A DNA stretch of 64,000 nucleotides. Origin: an uncultured Actinomycetota bacterium (lineage in GTDB: Bacteria; Actinomycetota; Actinomycetes; Streptosporangiales; Streptosporangiaceae). Each line of letters begins with the position of its first letter. Positions within the stretch are counted from its first letter, which is position 1. The translations under genes were made by a program, and so were the position numbers. The notes under the pieces were generated by a model. That model was not told the origin of the DNA and searched no databases. It worked only from the letters and a program-made list of their open reading frames with translations. The stretch spans positions 910,774-974,773 of the forward strand of contig CAWBDZ010000011.1 of assembly GCA_963787665.1 (NCBI GenBank). Direction: 5' to 3'. Below, in pieces: positions 18,865 through 26,241 of this stretch.

Positions 18865-19992
18865 TCCTTGGTGTGAGTGCCGAGCAGGAGGAACTTCGCG
18901 CCGCAGTCCGCCGGTTCCTGACCGACCGGGCACCGCTCACCACGGTGCGCGAGCTGATGGAGACTACTGACGGGCTGGACGCCGGCGTCTGGCGCCAGGC
19001 CGGGGAGCAGCTCGGCCTGCAGGGCATCGCGATCCCGGAAGAGTACGGCGGCGCCGGGTTCAGCTTCGCCGAGCAGGCCATCGTGCTCGAGGAACTCGGC
19101 GCCGCATTGTATGGCGGACCGTACCTGGCCAGTGCGGTGCTGGCGGCAACGGCGCTGCTGGCCAGCCCGGACGAGGGCGCAAGGAAAGTCTGGCTGCCTG
19201 GCATCGCCTCCGGCGAGCTGATCGCCACCTTGGCGTTCACCGAGGAGGACGGGTCCTGGGATCCGGACGCCATCGGGCTGACCGCGACATTGCACGGCGA
19301 CGGCTGGCGGCTGGACGGGCGCAAGAGCTTCGTGCTGGACGGCCACACGGCCGGGCTGATCCTCGTGGTCGCGCGCGCGGACGGTCAGCTGAGCCTGTTC
19401 GCCGTGCGGGATGATGCGGCGCAATCCGGATCCGAGGGCCTGACCCGCACGGCGCTGCCTACTCTGGACCAGACCAGGAAGCTGGCCAGGCTCGACTTCG
19501 CCGCCGTCCGCGCCACGCTGATCGGCGCCGTGGGCGACGGTGCGGCCGTGCTGGATCGCACCGCTAGATGTCGCGGCTATCGCGCTGGCAGCCGAGCAAC
19601 TTGGCGGTGCGCAGCGCGCGCTCGACATGACGGTGGAGTACCTGAAGGTCCGGCACCAGTTCGGCCGCCCCATCGGCAGCTTCCAGGCGCTGAAGCACCG
19701 CTGCGCTGACTTGCTGCTAGAGGTCGAGTCATTGCGCTCCGCCGTGCAGTACGCGGCGGCCGCAGTGGCCGAGAACTCCGCGGAGATACCGGTCGTTGCG
19801 TCCTTGGTCAAGGCGTACGCGTGCGAGGTCTACTTCCACGTCGCCGCGGAGAACATTCAGATGCACGGCGGCATCGGCTTCACCTGGGAACACGACGCGC
19901 ACCTGTACTTCAAGCGAGCCAAGTCCAGCGAGCTTTTCCTCGGCGACGCCAGCTACCATCGCGAGCACCTAGCCGCCCGCATCGGCCTGTAG
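18861..19992 (+). pseudogene. acyl-CoA dehydrogenase with apparent frameshift near 19557-19563
   Basis: The N-terminal ORF (18861..) is ACAD-like up to ...GAVGDGAAVLDRT. The +1 frame then continues LDVAAIALAAEQLGGAQRALDMTVEYLKVRHQFGRPIGSFQALKHRCAD...HGGIGFTWEHDAHLYFKRA to the stop at 19992. Confidence 0.8.
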
Positions 19993-19995
19993 TCG

Positions 19996-20190
19996 TCAGC
20001 GCGGCGGGTCGTCCGGCTTGTCGGTAAGGCGCGATCGGAGCTCATCGGCGAGGCCGGTCAGGTACGGGCGCAGCCGCACGATCTCGCTCGCGATGTCGGC
20101 AGCGGGGCGCCATGGCCGCCGCTGGCCTGCTTCCGCAGACTGCCGTTCCGCTAGCTGCTCATGAGGATCGAGGCGGGAGGGATCGCTCAT
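19996..20190 (-). CDS. small hypothetical protein
   Basis: 64-aa ORF filling an otherwise gene-free gap. No recognisable motif. Confidence 0.25.
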   Translation of the reverse strand: MSDPSRLDPHEQLAERQSAEAGQRRPWRPAADIASEIVRLRPYLTGLADELRSRLTDKPDDPPR

Positions 20191-20297
20191 CGCAGCAACG
20201 TAACAAGATCAGCTCGGTTGGTCTGGCTCCGACACGTGTTCTCTGGCCTCCGTAAAGCGATCATCGCGGTAGTCGCCGGTCACGGTAGGCCCAAATC

Positions 20298-20948
20298 TCA
20301 AGAAGGTTCGAGCTGGGACCGGGTTGTCGGACGGCGGGCGTAGCGGGGTGCGTGCGGCCGGTACTCGCCGGTGATCTTGGCCTGCGCGAGCGCGGCCAGG
20401 AACTCGCCTGGACCATCGAAGTCGGGCAGCTCAACGCAGGCGGCGCCGATCCCGTCGGGGTCGTGGGCATCGGATCCGGCCGCCCCCGGCAAGCCGTACC
20501 GGGTGGCAAGGGCGGCCGCCTGCTCGTTAAGAGCCTGGTCCTCGACCTTGGCGTTGAAGACCTCGATCACATCGGCCAGGCCGTCAGCGCAGAGCCGCTG
20601 CGCCTCGGGCCCCAGGCTAGAGCGGCCCGGATCAAATGGGTGCGGCAGATAGATCAATGCGCCCTGGGCGCGGATGCGGCCGACGACCTCGGCTAGCGGG
20701 AGCACGTACGGGATCCGCTCGGTAAGGAACAGCCCGATCACGTCGCCTTCGGAAGTCCTGATCTCCTCGCCGATGATGACGCGCGCGCCGATGTCGCGCG
20801 CTGCGGCCTCGACAGCGGCGGCTGTCACGTTGTGGTCGGTGATGCAGACGACATCGAGACGCTCTGTCTGGACCCGAGCGGCGAGCTGATCGATGGTCGT
20901 GATTGCGTCCCCGGATAGTGCGGTGTGCAGATGGCAGTCCATCCGCAC
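20298..20948 (-). CDS. PHP-domain metal-dependent phosphoesterase
   Basis: MRMDCHLHTALSGDA...VVCITDHNV...YLPHPFD...GSDAH: the PHP His/Asp motifs. Confidence 0.8.
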   Translation of the reverse strand: MRMDCHLHTALSGDAITTIDQLAARVQTERLDVVCITDHNVTAAAVEAAARDIGARVIIGEEIRTSEGDVIGLFLTERIPYVLPLAEVVGRIRAQGALIYLPHPFDPGRSSLGPEAQRLCADGLADVIEVFNAKVEDQALNEQAAALATRYGLPGAAGSDAHDPDGIGAACVELPDFDGPGEFLAALAQAKITGEYRPHAPRYARRPTTRSQLEPS

Positions 20949-20966
20949 CCATCCGTGCGCGGCCCA

Positions 20967-21767
20967 TCAGGCGGATGGCAACGGGACGCCTAGCTCGGCC
21001 AGCAGCTCTTGGGAGTAGGTAACTCGCCCGGTCAGGCCCTGCGGCTCACGGTGGCACAGCATCAGGGCTGCTTCGGCCATCACCGAGGCCGGCTCGGCGT
21101 TCGGGTCGTCGTCGCCGGTCGTGAGGTGGTGGAAGATGGTCCCCGGCGTCGGTACCACCTTGGTTGGCGACAGCGCGTTCACCGCGATGTTGTCTGGATA
21201 CAACTCCGCGGCCAGGCCAGTGGAGAACCGCTCAATCGCTGCCTTGCACATCCCGTACACGGTGCCGCCGCGCCCGGCAAATGGTCCCGGCGGGATGGCC
21301 GGATGGCGCGCCGCGATCGAGGAGATGTTCAGGATCCAGCCGCGCCCGCGCCCGCGCATGCCCGGCAGCACCAGCCTGGCCAGCTGGAACGGCGCCTCGA
21401 CCTGGATTGCGAACATCAGCGCGTACCGCTTCGGGGTGAAGTTCTCGACCCTGGTGAAGTAGGTGACGGCAGCGTTGTTAACCAGGATGTCGGGCGGGCC
21501 TAGCTCGCTGATCGTCTCGGCGACCAGGCGTTCCCGGTCCTCGGCCCGGGACAGATCCGCCGGGATGGCGATCGCTGTGCCGCCCGAGTCACGGATCTGG
21601 TCGGTGGTCTCGTTGATGGTGCCGCGAAGCGGAGAGCTGCCTGGCTCAACGGTCCGTGCGACGACCGCGACCGCCGCGCCCTCGGCCGCGAATCTTCTGG
21701 CGATCTCGGCTCCGATGCCGCGGCTTGCGCCGGTCACTATTGCCGTCCGGCCGTCGAGCAGACCCAT
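20967..21767 (-). CDS. SDR-family oxidoreductase
   Basis: GRTAIVTGASRGIGAEIA, NNAAV, YGMCKAA (YxxxK). Confidence 0.8.
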   Translation of the reverse strand: MGLLDGRTAIVTGASRGIGAEIARRFAAEGAAVAVVARTVEPGSSPLRGTINETTDQIRDSGGTAIAIPADLSRAEDRERLVAETISELGPPDILVNNAAVTYFTRVENFTPKRYALMFAIQVEAPFQLARLVLPGMRGRGRGWILNISSIAARHPAIPPGPFAGRGGTVYGMCKAAIERFSTGLAAELYPDNIAVNALSPTKVVPTPGTIFHHLTTGDDDPNAEPASVMAEAALMLCHREPQGLTGRVTYSQELLAELGVPLPSA

Positions 21768-21818
21768 CCGGGACCTCCCAGTGCTTGGCTATGAATCGCA
21801 CGCTATGGAGCGAAATAC

Positions 21819-21833
21819 TAGAAGCGTGTTCTA
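21819..21833. promoter_or_regulatory. candidate TetR-type operator TAGAAGCGTGTTCTA
   Basis: Lies in the divergent SDR (start 21767) / MaoC (start 21901) intergenic region. Third copy of TAGAA-N5-TTCTA. Confidence 0.5.
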
Positions 21834-21900
21834 CTAGGCCATTGGACCCAGCCGGCCTTCAGCTGTCAATGTGGTTGGCCGACCCGCCAGGAGGTAATCG

Positions 21901-22758
21901 ATGCCGCTCAATCACAGTCTCGTTGGCGTGCAGGGTCAGCCGCAGGAACGGTCCTGGACGTCGACCGATGCGCTGCTGTACGCGATCGGGGTCGGGGCTG
22001 GCCTGGGTGACCCGCTCAAGGAATTGGAGTTCACCACCGAGAACACCGCAGGCGTGCAGCAGCAGGTGCTGCCGACTTTCGGCGTGCTACTTGCGCAGGC
22101 GAGGCCGGCTGGCAACCTCGGCGACTTCGACCGGGCCATGCTGGTACACGCCGAGCAGTCCATCGAACTGCACAAGCCGCTGCCGGTCGAGGGCACCTTG
22201 CGGACCGCCTCGATGGTGACCGGCATCTACGACAAGGGCTCCGGCGCGCTCGTGGAGTCGGAGAACCAGGCGGCGGACGCGACTACCGGCGAGCCAGTGG
22301 TGACCACCCGGGCGAGTACTTTCATCCGCGGCGAAGGCGGGTTCGGCGGCGAGCGTGGCACCAGCGAATCGTGGGAACTGCCCGACCGGGCACCCGACCA
22401 CAAGGTTGTCCAGCAGACCAGGCCGGAGCAGGCCCTGCTCTACCGGCTCTCCGGTGACCGCAATCCGCTGCACGCCGATCCAGCTTTCGCTGCGCGGGGC
22501 GGTTTCAGCAGGCCGATCCTGCACGGCCTGTGCACCTATGGCTTCACTGGCCGTGCCTTGCTGCAGGAGCTATGCGGATCGGACCCGGCCAGGTTCATCG
22601 CCATGTCCGGCCGGTTCAGCCGTCCCGTACTGCCAGGCGAGGCGTTGGTGATCTCCATCTGGCTCGGTGCCAGCGGCACGGCGCAGTTCCAGACGGCGAA
22701 GGACGACGGCACAGTCGTCATCGACCGGGGCAGCGCCAGGTTCCGCGAGGCAGCATAG
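21901..22758 (+). CDS. MaoC-family double hot-dog (R)-specific enoyl-CoA hydratase
   Basis: 285 aa. YRLSGDRNPLHADPAFAARGGFSRPILHGLCTYG hydratase motif in the C-terminal half. Confidence 0.8.
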   Translation: MPLNHSLVGVQGQPQERSWTSTDALLYAIGVGAGLGDPLKELEFTTENTAGVQQQVLPTFGVLLAQARPAGNLGDFDRAMLVHAEQSIELHKPLPVEGTLRTASMVTGIYDKGSGALVESENQAADATTGEPVVTTRASTFIRGEGGFGGERGTSESWELPDRAPDHKVVQQTRPEQALLYRLSGDRNPLHADPAFAARGGFSRPILHGLCTYGFTGRALLQELCGSDPARFIAMSGRFSRPVLPGEALVISIWLGASGTAQFQTAKDDGTVVIDRGSARFREAA

Positions 22759-22794
22759 CGAGGCCGCCGGGCATCGGTCTGGCACGCTGGGACC

Positions 22795-24282
22795 GTGGAT
22801 GGTGATCTCAGCCAGTCGGTAACGACGATCCCGGACCCGGCAGTCGTCGTGCTCGTCGGGCCATCGGGAGCGGGGAAGTCGAGCTGGGCTGGCGAGCGCT
22901 ATCTGGCCCGCGAGATCATCTCGTCGGACCAGCTCCGCTCCGTGGTCGGCAGCGGCGAGAACGACCTGGACGCATCGGCAGACGCGTTCTCGCTGCTCGA
23001 CCAGATTGCGGCGGCGCGCGCTCGCAGGCGGCTGACCACTGTGATCGACACCCTCGGCCTGGATCCTGATCGCCGTCTCAGCTATCTCGCCCTGGCCAGG
23101 CGCGCTGGGTTGCCAGCCGTCGCCGTCCTTTTCGACACCGACCCGGCGCTATGCCGCGGGCGGAACCGCGAGCGCAGCCGGCCGGTGCCAGCCGTAGTCC
23201 TCGACGCGCAGCTGCGCAAGATGCCGGACATCGCCGGCCAGCTCGCGGACGAGGGCTGGGACCTGGTAGTGCGCCCGGCCGCAGGGCCGGCTGAGCCTGT
23301 GCACTCGCCGGGCAGCCGGCAGGCGGAAAGCGACCAGCGAGCCAGGCCCGCGCAGCTGGAGTTCATCTTGCAGATCTCGCGGTTCGGCTGGGGCGATGAC
23401 CCGGTCGGCTGGCTGAAGGCTGTGACGCTTGCGGCAGCCGACGCAGGCTTCGGGGGCATCGCGCTGATGGACCATCTCATCCAGATTCCCCAGGTCGGCC
23501 GCGCCTGGGAACCAATCCCGGAGCCATGGGTCACCCTCGGCCTGCTGGCCGGACTCGACACCAGGCTCCGGCTTGGCACCCTGTGCACCCCGGTTACATT
23601 TCGCGCTCCGGGGCTGCTGGCCAAGACCGCCGCCACCTTGGACGCGCTGACCGCGGGGCGTACGTTCTGCGGCATCGGGGCCGGCTGGTGGGACCGGGAA
23701 CACGACGCGTTCGGGCTGGCGTTCCCGCCGCCGGCCGAGCGCCTCGACCGGCTTGAAATGGCGATCGAGACGATGCGAGCGCTCTGGCAGCCGGGCACCA
23801 AGGCTTACGCGGGGGAGCGGGTGAGCCTGCCCGAGACCACCTGCTATCCGCGTCCGGCCGGCCCGATACCGATCATCGTCGGCGGCAACGGAGAACGCCG
23901 CACGTTGCGAATCGCCGCAAGGCTCGGTGACGGCTGCAACCTGCCTTCGCAACTGGAGGTACTGGACCGCAAGCTGGCGGTGCTGCGCGCGCACTGCCTG
24001 GCTGCAGACCGGGATCCGGCCGAGGTCGCCGTTACCGTGCTGGACGTGCCGGTCGTCGGGAGCGATCGCGAGCAGGTCGCCCGGCTGGTCGAGGTGCTGC
24101 GCGGCCGGACCAGTGCCGCGGCGTTCGCGCGCGGTCACCACGCCGGAGTTGCGGGGGATCATGTCGGCCGTTACCGGCTGCTGGCCGAACGCGGAGTAAG
24201 CACCGTTTTCCTGGCACTGCCTGACCTGGCGGGTCCGGCGGACGTTGCCCGGCTCGCGCCGATCGTCAGCGCGTTCGGCTGA
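22795..24282 (+). CDS. fusion protein: N-terminal P-loop kinase-like (AAA_33/polynucleotide-kinase-like) domain + C-terminal LLM-class (luciferase-like, probably F420-dependent) oxidoreductase
   Basis: 495-aa single ORF. VVVLVGPSGAGKSSWA Walker A in about the first 170 aa. Then a TIM-barrel LLM region (GFGGIALMDHL..., RLRLGTLCTPVTFRAPGLLAKTAATLDALTAGRTFCGIGAGWW, IIVGGNGERRTLRIAARLGDGCN). Confidence 0.7.
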   Translation: MDGDLSQSVTTIPDPAVVVLVGPSGAGKSSWAGERYLAREIISSDQLRSVVGSGENDLDASADAFSLLDQIAAARARRRLTTVIDTLGLDPDRRLSYLALARRAGLPAVAVLFDTDPALCRGRNRERSRPVPAVVLDAQLRKMPDIAGQLADEGWDLVVRPAAGPAEPVHSPGSRQAESDQRARPAQLEFILQISRFGWGDDPVGWLKAVTLAAADAGFGGIALMDHLIQIPQVGRAWEPIPEPWVTLGLLAGLDTRLRLGTLCTPVTFRAPGLLAKTAATLDALTAGRTFCGIGAGWWDREHDAFGLAFPPPAERLDRLEMAIETMRALWQPGTKAYAGERVSLPETTCYPRPAGPIPIIVGGNGERRTLRIAARLGDGCNLPSQLEVLDRKLAVLRAHCLAADRDPAEVAVTVLDVPVVGSDREQVARLVEVLRGRTSAAAFARGHHAGVAGDHVGRYRLLAERGVSTVFLALPDLAGPADVARLAPIVSAFG

Positions 24283-24310
24283 GCTGCGGCGCTGGCCGTA
24301 CTGTAGGTAT

Positions 24311-24817
24311 ATGGCTGAGGCAGCGGACGAGCAGGCCGGCGAGCCCGAGTATGTTCTGCCGGCCATCCCGGTGTCGGCTGGTGCGCTGATCTTTGACGGG
24401 ACCGGGCGCCTGCTCATCCTGAACCCGACCTACAAATCGGGCTGGACGATTCCGGGCGGCGTCATGGAGGCCGACGGCGAGACGCCATGGCAGGCATGCC
24501 AGCGCGAGGTGCTGGAGGAAACCGGGCTGACGGTCACCGGCGCACGGCTTGCGTGCGTCGATTTCCGGCCGCCGCGCGACGGCAACCAAGGTGGGGTCCG
24601 GTTCCTGTTCGACTGCGGCGTGCTCGACGACGGGTTGCTGACCGACATAGCGCTGCAGGCTGAGGAGGTGTCGCAGTATCGGCTGGCGCCGGTGTCCGAC
24701 GCGCTGCACCTGCTGCGGGGACCTATCCGGCGGCGGGTCAGTGCGGCCCTGGATAGTGATCACCGGACCGTTTACCTCGAAGACGGGCGACCGGTGGCAG
24801 CGGTACTCGCGGGCTAG
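24311..24817 (+). CDS. NUDIX hydrolase
   Basis: Nudix box GGVMEADGETPWQACQREVLEETGL. In-frame ATG 24311 preferred to the track start 24245. Confidence 0.8.
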   Translation: MAEAADEQAGEPEYVLPAIPVSAGALIFDGTGRLLILNPTYKSGWTIPGGVMEADGETPWQACQREVLEETGLTVTGARLACVDFRPPRDGNQGGVRFLFDCGVLDDGLLTDIALQAEEVSQYRLAPVSDALHLLRGPIRRRVSAALDSDHRTVYLEDGRPVAAVLAG

Positions 24818-24852
24818 CTAGGTTGTCGCGTCAGTTACGAGCCTTTGGTGGC

Positions 24853-25455
24853 CTACCGGTGCGCGGCCGCTGCCCGATGCTTGCTGAGCGAATGCGTAAC
24901 CGAGGCGATGAGGATTGCCTTGACCGAATCCCGCCTGCGGGCGTCGCAGACCAGCACGGGCACGTCGGAATCGAGGTCAAGGGCGTCTCGGATCGTCTCG
25001 GCATCGTAGGATGGCGTGCCGTCGAACTCGTTGGCCGCGACGACGAACGGAGTTTGCCGCCGCTCGAAATAGTCGACGGAGGAGAAACAGTCGGCAAGGC
25101 GCCTGGTGTCAGCTAGCACCACCGCGCCGAGCGCGCCGACAGCTAGCTCGTCCCACATGAACCAGAAGCGCTCCTGGCCAGGCGTGCCGAACAAGTACAG
25201 CACGACTCCGCTCGGAAACGTGATGCGGCCAAAGTCCATGGCCACCGTGGTTGTTGCCTTCTGATCCACCGCGGCCGTGTCGTCGATCCCGGCTCCCGCC
25301 TCGCTGAGCAGTTCCTCCGTACGCAGTGGCCGAACCTCGCTGATCGCACCTACGAGCGTGGTCTTGCCCACGCCAAAGCCCCCCGCGATCAGGATTTTCG
25401 TAACGACCGGCACAGCCGCGGCTCCGGCCACGGCCTCATAGCGCCCGGAGTCCAT
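24853..25455 (-). CDS. cvnD: conservon small Ras-like GTPase (CvnD-type ATP/GTP-binding protein)
   Basis: KILIAGGFGVGKTTLV (P-loop), LFGTPGQERF (switch II), VVAANEFD. Last gene of the four-gene conservon. Confidence 0.8.
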   Translation of the reverse strand: MDSGRYEAVAGAAAVPVVTKILIAGGFGVGKTTLVGAISEVRPLRTEELLSEAGAGIDDTAAVDQKATTTVAMDFGRITFPSGVVLYLFGTPGQERFWFMWDELAVGALGAVVLADTRRLADCFSSVDYFERRQTPFVVAANEFDGTPSYDAETIRDALDLDSDVPVLVCDARRRDSVKAILIASVTHSLSKHRAAAAHR

Positions 25456-25807
25456 CGAGCACGCTCCTCAATACGGTTTCGTCTGAGCTGTCCGCCCCGG
25501 CCCGGCCGACGACGGTTACGACGCCTCGTTCCAGCAGGTCGCCGAGCAGCACCCGGACGACACCGAGTGGCAGGTCTATCTCGGACGCGAGATCCGCAAC
25601 CGCCGTCGGAGCACGGCACAGGCTAAGCAGGCGCCGGTGCTCAGGTCCGAAACCGCCAGCATCGACCAGGAGCGGCCCGGCCGCCGACACCTGGTCGATG
25701 AGGCTGAGCCCAGCGCCGGACGGCCGCGTCCTGCCGCGCGTCAGCGCATAGGGTCGGACGACCGGGCCGGCATCCCGGTCGAGCCACCTGTCTTCACCAT
25801 GGATCAT
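25436..25807 (-). CDS. cvnC: DUF742 protein (CvnC-type)
   Basis: 123 aa. VRPYALTRGRTRP motif and a C-terminal HTH-like LPLGVVRVLLGDLLERG. Confidence 0.75.
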   Translation of the reverse strand: MIHGEDRWLDRDAGPVVRPYALTRGRTRPSGAGLSLIDQVSAAGPLLVDAGGFGPEHRRLLSLCRAPTAVADLASEIDLPLGVVRVLLGDLLERGVVTVVGRAGADSSDETVLRSVLDGLRAL

Positions 25808-26241
25808 TCCATCAGCCGTTCCACTGCCCCCACGGCGACTGCTGCGGCCCTCGGGTTCGCGGACAAGTACTGACCAAGGCGTTTGACGAGCATGGCCATC
25901 TCATAAACGACCAGGCCATGGTCTGCCTCCGCCGGGCACAGCGCTGCAAGGCAGCTGCCCTGTCCAGCCGCCATGACGAACAGCAGCGCCGTGTCCATCT
26001 GAACAATTGCCTGGCGAGCTTCGCCGCCATGAAAGCGGAGCGCTGCGCCGCGCGCGAGGCTCTGCAGGCCGGCCGCCACGGCAGCCATGTGCTCAGCATC
26101 CTCGCGAGACAAGCCCCGCGACGCGCCGAGGGTGAGGCCGTCACGAGAGAGCAGAACTGCCTGGCTAATCCCGCTCACCCGCTGCACTAGGTCGTCGAGC
26201 ACCCAGTTCATTGTCGCCGTGAATCCCCCCTGCTCCATCAC
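25804..26241 (-). CDS. cvnB: roadblock/LC7 domain protein (CvnB-type)
   Basis: 145 aa. VSGISQAVLLSRDGLTLGAS...AAVAAGLQSLARGA is roadblock-like. 4-nt overlaps with both neighbours. Confidence 0.75.
   Translation of the reverse strand: MMEQGGFTATMNWVLDDLVQRVSGISQAVLLSRDGLTLGASRGLSREDAEHMAAVAAGLQSLARGAALRFHGGEARQAIVQMDTALLFVMAAGQGSCLAALCPAEADHGLVVYEMAMLVKRLGQYLSANPRAAAVAVGAVERLME

Noticed and set aside
10581-21833. Calling the TAGAA-N5-TTCTA sites canonical KstR boxes
   Set aside because: The mycobacterial KstR consensus as I recall it is a 14-mer (TAGAACnnGTTCTA). All three sites here are 15-mers with one extra central base, so I report them only as KstR-like.
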